Counted from the stretch's first letter, positions 12,120 to 25,900 are shown. The stretch is 64,000 bases of DNA from Macrostomum lignano (GCA_002269645.1 NIVC01000906.1:1-64000); one strand, 5' to 3'. Numbers and translations are program-made. Notes: a model not told the origin generated them from the sequence alone.

Positions 12120-15100
12120 GGTAAATGGACGATTCTAGAGTTGGTAAATAGGCGATTCTAGAGTTGGTAAATAGGCGATTCTAGAGTTGGTAAATAGGCG
12201 ATTCTAGAGTTGGTAAATAGGCGATTCAAGAGTTGGTAAATGGGCGATTCTAGAGTTGGTAAATGGGCGATTCTAAAGATGGTAAATGGGCGATTCTAGA
12301 GTTGGTAAATAGGCGATTCTAGAGTTGGTAAATAGGCGATTCTAGAGTTGGTAAATAGGCGATTCTAGAGTTGGTAAATAGGCGATTCTAGAGTTGGTAA
12401 ATAGGCGATTCTAGAGTTGGTAAATAGGCGATTCAAGAGTTGGTAAATGGGCGATTCTAGAGTTGGTAAATAGGCGATTCTAGAGATGGTAAATGGGCGA
12501 TTCTAGAGTTGGTAAATAGGCAATTCTAGAGTTGGTAAATAGGCGATTCTAGAGATGGTAAATGGGCGATTCTAGAGTTGGTAAATAGGCGATTCTAGAG
12601 ATGGTAAATGGGCGATTCTAGAGTTGGTAAATAGGCGATTCTAGAGTTGGTAAATAGGCGATTCTAGAGATGGTAAATGGGCGATTCTAGAGTTGGTAAA
12701 TAGGCGATTCTAGAGATGGTAAATGGGCGATTCTAGAGTTGGTAAATAGGCGATTCTAGAGTTGGTAAATAGGCGATTCTAGAGTTGGTAAATAGGCGAT
12801 TCTAGAGTTGGTAAATAGGCGATTCTAGAGTTGGTAAATAGGCGATTCTAGAGTTGGTAAATAGGCGATTCAAGAGTTGGTAAATGGGCGATTCTAGAGT
12901 TGGTAAATAGGCGATTCTAGAGATGGTAAATGGGCGATTCTAGAGTTGGTAAATAGGCAATTCTAGAGTTGGTAAATAGGCGATTCTAGAGATGGTAAAT
13001 GGGCGATTCTAGAGTTGGTAAATAGGCGATTCTAGAGATGGTAAATAGGCGATTCTAGAGTTGGTAAATAGGCGATTCTAGAGATGGTAAATGGGCGATT
13101 CTAGAGTTGGTAAATAGGCGATTCTAGAGATGGTAAATGGGCGATTCTAGAGTTGGTAAATAGGCGATTCTAGAGTTGGTAAATAGGCGATTATAAAGAT
13201 GGTAAATGGGCGATTCTAGAGTTGGTAAATAGGCGATTATAAAGATGGTAAATGGGCGATTCTAGAGTTGGTAAATAGGCGATTCTAGAGATGGTAAATG
13301 GGCGATTCTAGAGTTGGTAAATAGGCGATTCTAGAGTTGGTAAATAGGCGATTCTAGAGTTGGTAAATAGGCGATTCTAGAGTTGGTAAATAGGCGATTA
13401 TAAAGATGGTAAATGGGCGATTCTAGAGTTGGTAAATAGGCGATTCTAGAGATGGTAAATAGGCGATTCTAGAGTTGGTAAATGGGCGATTCTAGAGTTG
13501 GTAAATAGGCGATTCTAGAGTTGGTAAATAGGCGATTCTAGAGTTGGTAAATAGGCGATTCTAGAGATGGTAAATAGGCGATTCTAGAGTTGGTAAATAG
13601 GCGATTCTAGAGATGGTAAATAGGCGATTCTAGAGTTGGTAAATGGGCGATTCTAGAGTTGGTAAATAGGCGATTCTAGAGTTGGTAAATAGGCGATTCT
13701 AGAGTTGGTAAATAGGCGATTCTAGAGTTGGTAAATAGGCGATTCTAGAGTTGGTAAATAGGCGATTCTAGAGTTGGTAAATAGGCGATTCTAGAGTTGG
13801 TAAATGGGGACTCTAGAGATGGTAAATGGGCGATTCTAGAGTTGGTAAATGGGCGATTCTAAAGATGGTAAACGGGCGATTCTAGAGTTGGTAAATAGGC
13901 GATTCTAGAGATGGTAAATGGGCGATTCTAGAGTTGGTAAATAGGCGATTCTAAAGATGGTAAATGGGCGATTCTAGAGTTGGTAAATAGGCGATTCTAG
14001 AGATGGTAAATGGGCGATTCTAGAGTTGGTAAATAGGCGATTCTAGAGTTGGTAAATAGGCGATTCTAGAGATGGTAAATAGGCGATTCTAGAGTTGGTA
14101 AATGGGCGATTCTAGAGTTGGTAAATAGGCGATTCTAGAGATGGTAAATGGGCGATTCTAGAGTTGGTAAATAGGCGATTCTAGAGTTGGTACATAGGCG
14201 ATTCTAGAGTTGGTAAATGGGCGATTCTAGAGTTGGTAAATAGGCGATTCTAGAGTTGGTACATAGGCGATTCTAGAGTTGGTAAATAGGCGATTCAAGA
14301 GTTGGTAAATGGGCGATTCTAAAGATGGTAAATGGGCGATTCTAGAGTTGGTAAATAGGCGATTCTAGAGATGGTAAATGGGCGATTCTAGAGTTGGTAA
14401 ATAGGCGATTCTAGAGTTGGTACATAGGCGATTCTAGAGTTGGTAAATGGGCGATTCTAGAGTTGGTAAATAGGCGATTCTAGAGTTGGTACATAGGCGA
14501 TTCTAGAGTTGGTAAATAGGCGATTCTAGAGTTGGTAAATGGGCGATTCTAAAGATGGTAAATGGGCGATTCTAGAGTTGGTAAATAGGCGATTCTAGAG
14601 ATGGTAAATGGGCGATTCTAGAGTTGGTAAATAGGCGATTCTAGAGTTGGTAAATAGGCGATTCTAGAGTTGGTAAATAGGCGATTCTAGAGTTGGTAAA
14701 TGGGCGATTCTAGAGTTGGTAAATAGGCGATTCTAGAGTTGGTAAATAGGCGATTCTAGAGTTGGTAAATAGGCAATTCTAGAGTTGGTAAATAGGCGAT
14801 TCTAGAGTTGGTAAATAGGCGATTCTAGAGTTGGTAAATAGGCGATTCTAGAGTTGGTAAATAGGCGATTCTAGAGTTGGTAAATAGGCGATTCTAGAGT
14901 TGGTAAATAGGCGATTCTAGAGTTGGTAAATAGGCGATTATAAAGATGGTAAATGGGCGATTCTAGAGTTGGTAAATAGGCGATTCTAGAGATGGTAAAT
15001 GGGCGATTCTAGAGTTGGTAAATAGGCGATTCTAGAGTTGGTAAATAGGCGATTCTAGAGATGGTAAATAGGCGATTCTAGAGTTGGTAAATAGGCGATT

Positions 15101-16510
15101 CTAGAGATGGTAAATAGGCGATTCTAGAGTTGGTAAATGGGGACTCTAGAGATGGTAAATGGGCGATTCTAGAGTTGGTAAATGGGCGATTCTAAAGATG
15201 GTAAATGGGCGATTCTAGAGTTGGTAAATAGGCGATTCTAGAGATGGTAAATGGGCGATTCTAGAGTTGGTAAATAGGCGATTCTAGAGATGGTAAATAG
15301 GCGATTCTAGAGTTGGTAAATAGGCGATTCTAGAGATGGTAAATGGGCGATTCTAGAGTTGGTAAATAGGCGATTCTAGAGTTGGTAAACGGGCGATTCT
15401 AGAGTTGGTAAATAGGCGATTCTAGAGTTGGTAAATGGGCGATTCTAGAGTTGGTAAATAGGCGATTCTAAAGATGGTAAATGGGCGATTCTAGAGTTGG
15501 TAAATAGGCGATTCTAGAGATGGTAAATGGGCGATTCTAGAGTTGGTAAATAGGCGATTCTAGAGATGGTAAATAGGCGATTCTAGAGTTGGTAAATAGG
15601 CGATTCTAGAGATGGTAAATGGGCGATTCTAGAGTTGGTAAATAGGCGATTCTAGAGATGGTAAATGGGCGATTCTAGAGTTGGTAAATAGGCGATTCTA
15701 GAGTTGGTAAATAGGCGATTATAAAGATGGTAAATGGGCGATTCTAGAGTTGGTAAATAGGCGATTATAAAGATGGTAAATGGGCGATTCTAGAGTTGGT
15801 AAATAGGCGATTCTAGAGATGGTAAATGGGCGATTCTAGAGTTGGTAAATAGGCGATTCTAGAGTTGGTAAATAGGCGATTCTAGAGTTGGTAAATAGGC
15901 GATTCTAGAGTTGGTAAATAGGCGATTATAAAGATGGTAAACGGGCGATTCTAGAGTTGGTAAATAGGCGATTCTAGAGATGGTAAATGGGCGATTCTAG
16001 AGTTGGTAAATAGGCGATTCTAAAGATGGTAAATGGGCGATTCTAGAGTTGGTAAATAGGCGATTCTAGAGATGGTAAATGGGCGATTCTAGAGTTGGTA
16101 AATAGGCGATTCTAAAGATGGTAAATGGGCGATTCTAGAGTTGGTAAATAGGCGATTCTAGAGATGGTAAATGGGCGATTCTAGAGTTGGTAAATAGGCG
16201 ATTCTAGAGTTGGTAAATAGGCTATTCTAGAGATGGTAAATAGGCGATTCTAGAGTTGGTAAATGGGCGATTCTAGAGTTGGTAAATAGGCGATTCTAGA
16301 GATGGTAAATAGGCGATTCTAGAGTTGGTAAATAGGCGATTCTAGAGATGGTAAATAGGCGATTCTAGAGATGGTAAATGGGCGATTCTAGAGTTGGTAA
16401 ATAGGCGATTCTAGAGATGGTAAATAGGCGATTCTAGAGTTGGTAAATAGGCGATTCTATAGATGGTAAATGGACGACTCTAGAGATGGTAAATGGGCGA
16501 TTCTAGAGGT
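12120..16510. repeat. Satellite array, 23-bp unit (gattctagagttggtaaataggc), about 190 copies
   Basis: Period 23 measured (gatt at 12154 and 12177). A co-varying variant gattctagagatggtaaatgggc occurs, and most units carry TCTAGA. Confidence 0.99.
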
Positions 16511-18168
16511 GGTAAGTGGGGGATTATAGGCGATGTGTGAACCTATGGGTGGTACAAAATCAAATCTTATAGTCAGAGTCTAATGTACCTGCAAGTATAC
16601 TTAATAACACACAATTTTTTAGTTACACTTCGCAGTTGTCCTAAAGTGTTGTCCACACGTAAGAAAAAAATAAATTTAATAATAAATTTAGCTAACTGAC
16701 GTTTTAATACTATCATTTTAATTCGCTACTAACTAAGGATTCACACTGCGCCTGCCAAAAGCAAACAGATATTTAGCGCTTATTTTCCAAAATAATTATC
16801 AAAGACAGTGAAGGCCTTACAAAAAAGCATATCCTGAATAAAACCAAACAGCGCACTGGCTTTAATAAACCATTAAACAACAAAATAAACTTGTTGTTGA
16901 ATTCATTGCGATAACAAGCAACTATTTTATTTGATATTTTAGGCAAATTAAAAATATAGATTTTTTCCTTAAACTTGTCGTTAAATTGAATTAAGAGTTT
17001 ACGCATAGTTTTAGAGAGCAAAAAATAGAGCAACTGTGTGTTTCATAATATTTAGTTTTTTCCACAGAAACTGGTGGACAACGGGCAGTGAGAGAGAAAA
17101 ATAGAGGCCTACATACTACCTTTATACACTATTCTTACTACTGATATTAACAAACAAAGAATAGGGACGTGCATAGCGAACGCAGACAAATAGCATTAGA
17201 TAATAAAATAAAGATAAATAACAAGCATTAACTACAGTTTGAAGCCTACCTAGATTTTTTAAAGGTGCAACACTAAATAGAATTTTTAATATAGTCGAAT
17301 ATACTAAAAACCATAGATTGATTATAGATCGAATAGACAATATTAATATTAAATTGGACACTGTAGTACACAAATGACAGGCTTATTAAAGTGCAAGGTA
17401 TGAATGAAAAGCAAATGTTTTTTGAATAAAAATTAGGCGAATTTTACTAAACTAATATTACCTGATTTATATGCTAACTAGCTGGAAAATATGCCTGCCA
17501 AATAAACTTTATCTTTTATTGTTAAGCCTACAGTTTATAAATTTTCATAACTGATTGAATATTAGTAAATAATTTATGCCTATTGTATAATATACGATAT
17601 AGTTATGCAAACTAAATTCAACACGATTATAATTATACATACTTATGATGACGCAATAGAGCTCAGCTTCCTACACTTGACCCTGCTGCACATCTATAAA
17701 TTTAATGTCACTATAATGTATTACATTACATTAAAATAAGTACATGAACACAAACATAGGAGTAACACACAAAAAAGCTGAATTAAATGGTTCGCTAAGA
17801 GTTTCATTAGAATTAATAGTTTAGATATAAAGTTAAGTCCTTGTGACAGTAACTGTCAGTTAATTATTATTGTTATTAATATTTTGCCATCGTGTCACAA
17901 AACATTTTTATGTGTCTCTAGGATGAATAGGCCATGCGTTTAACTGGAACAAAAAAGAAGCATGAGAGCAAATTTTTATCAATAAGGTTTATTAATTCAT
18001 CATCAAAGATTAATATTTCTGTGAACTTTGCTAGTCTATAATTAAGACTAATATAATTTTGAGAATAGCTAAAATAATGGCTAGCCTACACTGTCAAATG
18101 GCATTAGTAAACAATATATTTAAATAACAAAGTATGCCACAGCGCAATTTTTACCTTCGAAAAGAGCC

Positions 18169-21100
18169 TCACTCGGATTTGACACCGTTATTAGGGGCTA
18201 CGACTGGCGGCTTAGAGATTGTAGTGGCGCCATCCCCAGACGGAGGCTGGGCAGGAGCAGAAGGCTGCTGCTGCTGCTGCTGCTCAGCCTTCAGCTTGAA
18301 ATTGACAACGGCAGAGTCAGCTGGGTCGATAGGTTTGTTACTGAACGACAATTTAGCGTGAAACTTGGCCCGTTCGCTAAGCTTCACCTCGGCGTGATTG
18401 GATCGCATCAGGGCTAATACGGCGTTCTCAACTGTGTCGAACTCAACTAGGCCTTTGAAATGATTGGAAGATTAATTTATATATAGCTTTAACAGAGCCA
18501 TTTGATTGGTTGCTGGCTGACACTTTTCACTCTCGATCCCTGCTTTAGATATGGGGCTGCCAACCCAGATCATTTTTATTGTATAGGGGGTCTAGTGACC
18601 CCGGCTTTTTGATTTTATAGAGGCCTTATGACCCCAGCCATTTGATTATATAGGGGGGTCTCATGACCCCAGTTATTTGGTTCTATAGGAAGGGGTCTCA
18701 TGACCCCAGCCATTTGATTATATAGAGGCCTTATGACCCCAGCTATTTGATTATATAGAGGCCTTATGACCCCAGCTATTTGATTATATAGAGGCCTTAT
18801 GACCCCAGCTATTTGATTATATAGAGGTCTCATGACCCCAGCCATTTGGTTCTATATGAGGGGCGTCTCATGATTCCAGCCCTTTGATTATATAGGGGGG
18901 TCTCATGACCCCAAACCTGGCATAAACAGGGACTCGCACCGATAGCAGCGCGCTGGTCCTGCTGCTTGGGCTTGAACACGACAGCTTTATCAGGCAGAGG
19001 TCCGCCATGCTGCAGAAAAAACTGCCGCAAATCGTTTTCGGTGACGCCGAGAGGAAAGTTAAAGAAGTGCAGAGTCTTAGTTGGGGCCACTAGGCGCGAC
19101 TTGGTGAACATGTCCGGCCGCTTGAATCGGTTGTTGACGCTGTCCTCGTAACAGACCGAGATCGGGGTGCCGTTCTCCATCAACTCGGGCTTGGATGCCA
19201 CCTGCGAATTAATGTATAATATTAATTAAATAGATTATGGAGCAGACACCAAATAAATTTAATCTAAAAAAACTTGCACTATCGCCTCAAGCACAAAATA
19301 GGCCTGTACCAGAGAGCAGTGTTTCTATCCAATAAACATGTACCAGAGAGCCTTGTACCTACCCAATAAACCTGTACCAGAGAGCCTTGTACGTACCTGA
19401 AAAACCTGTACTAAAAAGCCCTGTACCTACCCAATAAACCTGTACTTGAGCCTTGTACCTACCTGATAAACATGTACTAAAAAGCCCTGTACCTACCCAA
19501 TAAGCCTGTACCAGAGAGCCTTGTACCTACCCAATAAACCTGTACCAGAGAGCCTTGTACTTACCTAATTAACCACCTGTACCAGAGCCTTGTACCTACC
19601 CAATAAACCTGTACTAAAAAGCCTTGTACCTACCCAATAAACCTGTACCTGAGCCTTGTACGTACCTGATAAACCTGTACTTGAGCCTTGTACCTACTCA
19701 ATAAACCTGTACCAGAGAGCCTTGTACCTACCCAATAAACATGTACCTGAGCCTTGTACCTACCCAATAAACCTGTACTAGAGAGCCTTGTACCTACCCA
19801 ATAAACCTGTACTAGAGAGCATTTTACCTACTCAATAAACCTGTACCAGAGAGCCTTGTACCTACCTAATTAACCACCTGTACCAGAGAGCCTTGTACCT
19901 ACCTTAATTAACCACCTGTACCAGAGAGCCTTGTACCTACCTTAATTAACCACCTGTACCAGAGAGCCTTGTACCTACCTTAATTAACCACCTGTACCAG
20001 AGAGCTTTGTACCTACCTTAATTAACCACCTGTACCAGAGAGCTTTGTACCTACCTTAATTAACCACCTGTACCAGAGAGCTTTGTACATAGTTAACAAT
20101 TTACCTGACTAATAAACTGGCACCTTCTAAATCTTTTGAATCAACAAAACAGCAATGTCAATTAAATTTTCTTTTAATTTAAACCTTTGTAAAAAATCTC
20201 ACCTGAACCTCCGGTTGCTTGCTGCGACAGACTTCCACCTTCTGACCAAAGATAGTCAGACCGCTCAGGTTGTCAACAACGTAGCCACTCTGTTCAGACG
20301 TGCCCATCTGCACCATGGCGCAGCCTTCTCTAGACTTGAGAAACTTCACCCTAGCCACATTGCCGTACAAACAGGTGATGTTGAAAATATTCTGGCAGGT
20401 CAGGCCGGGCGGCAAATTGTAGGCCATCACAACTGTGCCTTCGCCTTTCTGAAACATCCAGGACATGTCCTGCGGATTGAATTGCTGCTGCTGCTGCTGC
20501 TGAGGCGGCGGCGGCATGCCACTCTGCGGCCCCATCATGCCAGGAGGCCCTCCGAACGGAGGAGGCTGCTGCTGGTATGGCGGCGGCTGCTGCATCTGGT
20601 AACTGGCAGCTGGGTGCTGCGGCGGAGCCTGCTGCTGCGGCGGAGCCGACCCCAACAAGGGAGTTTTCTCCGCGCCCAAATTTGGATTAGTAAAGTCGAA
20701 CGATTCTGAATCGTTTTTATAGACTTGCAGCACAGGCAGATGGCTGACGGTGATGTTTAGAGTGCAGCAGCCGCTGTAGATATCAGCGCCGTTCAGATTC
20801 TCGATGGCCTTGTTGGCGTCTCCCACGTTCTCGAATTCCACCTGAGGGTGTTTGGGATAGCTTGTAGATTAGCGGTCGCAAAACTGAAGTTATGCTAGAG
20901 CATCTTTAATTTGGGTTGTGAAACTGGCATGTTCAAATCTGGGATCCAAGATGGGGATGGCTCAAATCTGGGATCCAAGATGGGGATGGCTCAAATCTGG
21001 GATCCAAGATGGGGATGGCTCAAATCTGGGATCCAAGATGGGGATGGCTCAAATCTGGGATCCAAGATGGGGATGGCTCAAATCTGGGATCCAAGATAGG

Positions 21101-22408
21101 GATGGCTCAAATCTGGGATCCAAGATAGGGATGGCTCAAATCTGGGATCCAAGATAGGGATGGCTCAAATCTGGGATCTAAGATAAAGGATGGCTCAAAT
21201 CAGGGATCCAAGATGGGGATGGCTCAAATCTGGGATCCAAGATGGGGATGGCTCAAATCTGGGATCCAAGATGGGGATGGCTCAAATCTGAGATCCAAGA
21301 TAGGGATGGCTCAAATCTGGGATCCAAGATGCGGATGGCTCAAATCTGGGATCCAAGATAGGGATGGCTCAAATCTGGGATCCAAGATGCGGATGGCTCA
21401 AATCTGGGATCCAAGATAGGGATGGCTCAAATCTGGGATCCAAGATAGGGATGGCTCAAATCTGGGATCCAAGATGGGGATGGCTTAAATCTGGGATCTA
21501 AGATAGGGATGGCTCAAATCTGGGATCTAAGATAAAGGATGGCTCAAATCAGGGATCCAAGATGGGGATGGCTCAAATCTGGGATCCAAGATGCGGATGG
21601 CTCAAATCAGGGATCCAAGATGCGGATGGCTCAAATCTGGGATCCAAGATGCGGATGGCTCAAATCTGGGATCTAAGATAGGGATGGCTCAAATCTGGGA
21701 TCTAAGATAGGGATGGCTCAAATCTGGGATCTAAGATGGGGATGGCTTAAATCTGGGACCCAAGATGGGGATGGCTAAGCTTACCAAAGCTTCCAAGGAA
21801 TTGTCGGCCTTCTTCGGTCCAATGCTGACGCGCAGCAAGTTGCCATTAGGAGAACAGATAGCCTTCATAACGTCAACAGTGATGGGATAGGTAGCGTTGG
21901 TAATGCTAAACAGCAGTACGCGACCTGGCAGGCCTTGTATAGCTAGGCTCGGAGCAGCTGGCACCGGAGCTGGCTGCTGCGGCGGTGGCTGCTGCTGCTG
22001 CATCATCTGAGGCGGCATTGAATGCTGAGGCGGTGGGCCGCCCATCATCATAGCGCCATTCTGTTGCCCAGCCGGGCCATTGGGATGAGGCCAATAGCCT
22101 AGGATGCTGAGAGAAGTGACTGGAGCGCCGCTCTTCCTAATAATATTGGGACTATTGCCAAACGCCATCTTCACAGGATTGGAGCCGATGTAGAATGAGT
22201 TCACCTTAGACTGCGAGACCATCATTTTTGATACGCTTACATCGTCAAATTCCAATAGAGCCGATCGGCCGGATTTTAAACGGAGCATATCAACAACGTT
22301 GCCATAGCGACTGAATAGGGCCACAATGTCGGCGTCAGAGATTGAATTGTTTAAATCCATGATTAGGATCACCTTGCTTGGCGCGCATTCTTCCACTTTG
22401 AAGCGTTT
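18169..22408 (-). CDS. HNRNPL: Heterogeneous nuclear ribonucleoprotein L-like (4 RRM); 5' start exon not located
   Basis: Exons 22408-21785, 20841-20203, 19201-18940 and 18452-18169 join in frame through GT-AG introns (phases 0, 0, 1). Diagnostic motifs: RVLLFSITNATYPITVDV; LNGADIYSGCCTL; CLYGNVARVKFLKSREGCAMVQM; APTKTLHFFNFP; GLVEF...AVLALMRSNH. Confidence 0.85.
18590..18915. repeat. Intronic minisatellite, 33-bp unit (tatagaggccttatgaccccagctatttgatta)
   Basis: Period 33 measured; lies in the hnRNP L-like intron 18939-18453. Confidence 0.92.
19300..20090. repeat. Intronic minisatellite, 34-38-bp unit (cctgtaccagagagccttgtacctacccaataaa)
   Basis: Visible tandem units that shift to a 38-bp variant at the right end; lies in intron 20202-19202. 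Confidence 0.92.
20930..21775. repeat. Intronic minisatellite, 29-bp unit (gggatccaagatggggatggctcaaatct)
   Basis: Period 29 measured; fills almost all of intron 21784-20842. Confidence 0.95.
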
Positions 22409-22656
22409 CTGTTTGTTTTATTGTGGTGGATAGAAATTATAAAATTTTAGTTAATATAATCTTTTAGGGACAATAAAGATTTATACACCAATAATTTGAG
22501 CTAGTGTTCTGCTGTAGCTACTACGGCTACAGGATCTTATGGCAAATATGGTAAAATAGGTGCCTATGGCAACTGCAGATATGCTTATGGTAGATAGCTG
22601 CTCTTATGGCTACAACTACAGAAATATGGTAGTTGTTGTCACATTCCATAGATTCC

Positions 22657-22911
22657 CATACATGCGCAACTGCTGGCCGACCTGGCCACCGTAAATTGTG
22701 GTGGACCAGGGGTAAGTCGCAAAAATGCCCAGCCTAAAAATTACAGACGTAGTACTAATTAGATGACGAGACATTTAGCCCTTATAAGACAGTCATAGTT
22801 ACTCTTGCCGTTTACCCAAAATTGCATTAGGTTTTTTCACAGGTAAGTCGCATTTTTTGTCAAAAAGTAAGTTGCATGGCCAGTGTAAATCAGGAAGGTT
22901 GCGCATGTATG
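22657..22911. mobile_element. MITE with 14-bp TIR CATACATGCGCAAC (hAT-like); short member of the 31448-34919 family
   Basis: Perfect TIRs at 22657-22670 and 22898-22911, with gattcc on both flanks. The left and right ends align with those of the 3.47 kb element. Confidence 0.8.
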
Positions 22912-25900
22912 GATTCCCATTACCATAGTTATTAGTTTAAAAATATATATTTATATTAGAAAAAGGTAAAGTAAAACAAAGATACTTTAGTAACTGTATT
23001 ATAGACTTTACTCTGTAAAAGGCAATCAAGTGTTTGTTATATTTTCTACCTTAAATTTGCAGTTGTTTAAGCACTATCTTCTTGATTAAAATATTTTGTT
23101 TCCTGGACTTTTTGTTAAAACTATGGCTATGGCTACAGGAACTACAAGAATATGGTAATATTAGGGTCCCTACGCTACAGAATACAGAGAATTGGAATAA
23201 GCCATAGTTTTGCTTATAGCTATGGCTTATGGCACATGGCCCCTTCTTAAGGTAGAACACTAATTTGAACTAAATCATTTTTTTTATTTTAAGGCATAGA
23301 AATGTCTATATAACAAAAAATATTGTAGAATCCAACTTTTTAAAAGAAAAGCTCTGTAAATAGCAATAGAGCCAAAGAAAATGAAGTGATATCAAAAAGA
23401 ACACAGGGTCTGCTTACAATCAAAAATACCAAATTTTGTGCTTAAAATTATTACACCCATTTTATATCATATATTTTGTAAAAATCTACCTTTTAAAAAA
23501 GGGCTTATCAACTTAAGCTTATAAAGTGGAGCCCAAACAACCTATGTATATAAATGATATATCATTTTACTTACAATGATACTAAGAAACTAGGTTTAGC
23601 AAAAGGACTTGTTACTTTATGAGCTTAAGTTGACATAATAGTCCCTAATTATCTCCTTGCTTATTCTCCCCTGTCCTAAGTTAACTCTATATAACTAAGT
23701 TTGTTACTCTACATGAATAATGAATTTAAAAATGAAAAAGTATACAACTTTGATGTACACCATAGTCCAAATCATGCTGGGTACAAGTCCAAACAAAAAT
23801 TGAAGAGTTACAAATCCATGCCAAAAAATTGAATATATGCCTACACTTACAAATCTAGGTCACGGACTCTTTTGCATATTAATTTGGTTGATTATTTGTC
23901 TTTCTTGCCTAAACTATTTATAATGGAAAATCAAAATGCACAAATTTTGTTTCAATGTTTAATTATTATCCAAAATCAAGGTGGCCTATGTACTAGAAAA
24001 TTCTTGCATATACAAAGGGTCCCTGGCACACTTGGTGTACAATCACAGCATATACCAAGGGTCCCTACTACACTTGGTGCACAATAATAGCACACACCAA
24101 GGTACCTGATGCATGTAGTATACAAGTATGGCAAATAATATCTAGATCACACTGAGTACAAAAATTGAATAATTACAAATGAACACCAAAAAAATTTGAG
24201 TGCATGCCCATACCAATAAAAGTGACTTATAATTTTAATCCATCACTATAGTAAGCATTTGCAGATAGCAAACATCTGCCAGATATTTTTGAAGTATCCA
24301 CCCAAATAGCAAGTATCCTACAGATAGAAAGCATCCCCCAAATATTGAAGAAGCATCCACCTAGATAGCAAGCAATTTTGTTTTTTTAGACTTTGTTAAA
24401 ACTATGGCTACAGCTATGGGAACTATAGGAATATGGTAATATTAGGGACCCTACAGCTATGGAATATAGAGAATTGGAATAACCTAATGTCTATATTGCG
24501 AAAAGTTTTCTGTGAATGCTAGACACATTTTCATTGAATTTTCAATTATACCACTATTGGAATAAATGTTAAAACCCGCAGACACACGCTTTAGAAAAGA
24601 GTCAAACTATTTTACCGCGCTTTAGGATTATTAGAGATGTTCCGAAAGATCTGCAGTTTCGTTGAAATCAAAATTCGCTAACTTTCCAAAATCAAAATCA
24701 AAATTTCCCGAAATCATAATTCAGAAAAACAAAGTTTAGTATGATCAACACTCACTTTTTTACTTTCAATTTACTGCTTAAACAAAAAGTAATACATGTA
24801 TATGTAGTAGAAAGTAGTTTATTTTTAGCGACTTTTTAGACACTACCAAAATTTTCACTTCTAAATTTTATTTCGGAATTGAAATTTGCTCTAAAAAATT
24901 TCAAATTTTGGAAAATTGAAATTGAATTTTTGGAACATCTCTAAGCTTAATAAATTACGAGTGTATAAGCCCCTTCAACAGAGGTATTATACCCATTTCC
25001 ATGTATATGTATTTGCTAGAGCAGCAGCCAGTAAGAAAGGGCAGCACGCGCAGGCGCTGCGCCTGTGCGCGCTGCGCTTTAGAAAAATTTCAAAAGTGCG
25101 CCGGACACTGTCCGCAGTTTTACAACTTTTTCCTATAGGGAATTATACACCAACAAATTTTAAATATACGCCAACTTTTGTAACATGTGCCAAAAAAAAC
25201 AAAAACCGAAATTAAATATAACCAGAAGTTAGAATCAGAACAGTATATCAGAACAGTTTGAACAGTGCAAGTTCGAACAAAAGGTTATTAGTCACTTTGT
25301 CATCTGGGGTGTCTGGGGTGCTCACCTCAACTAGGGTCACTTTGTCATCTTAATTTGCATGCACTATCTCAAGAGAGTCATTTCGTCAACTACCAGTTCC
25401 AACTTCCAAGTGAATTAATGTGGCAATTAAACATAGGGGACTTCTTTAAGTTTATGTTTATAAAATACTTCCGATTTTTTGATTTTTCTGAAACTTGCGG
25501 TGGAGACTTATGGGGCACCCAAAATTACAAAAATGCAAAAAAAAGTGTAGAAAGTTACCTGTACGGTTGATGCAATGACGATTTACTTGATTCCCTATTC
25601 TCTTAATGAGGTTCAGTGAGAAAAAGTTTCTACAAATACATTTTTGAAAGTGTATCCACTTGACTTTTAATTTTATGGCACATGTGCTAGAACTTCATTA
25701 GGCCAATTAAAGATAAATATTAATATCTACAAATTAATATGCAAATGTTTTTTATGTTTGCGGATTATAGTTTTTCAATTTAGTTATAATGCATAGACAG
25801 TGCCACGTCACTGTATGCTTTTTTTTAAAACTGCCACGTCACAACCTGCTCAATCTTTGCACTTGCACTTTCACTGCACCCACCCGAAGCAATGTTCAAA

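Noticed and set aside
12120-16510. CRISPR-like array (also considered for 20930-21775, 31661-32600 and 57810-58700)
   Set aside because: Units are directly adjacent with no unique spacers, there are no cas genes, and the context is eukaryotic.
22500-22650. Gly/Tyr-rich plus-strand mini-gene (GSYGKYGKIGAYG...)
   Set aside because: It has stops and frame breaks, and is better explained as a decayed ctacgg/ctatgg-rich repeat related to 23111-23200.
23740-23880. Candidate ATG-bearing first exon(s) of the hnRNP L-like gene
   Set aside because: Donor-like sites exist (about 23811 and 23850 on the minus strand), but no combination gave a convincing in-frame start joined to 22408.
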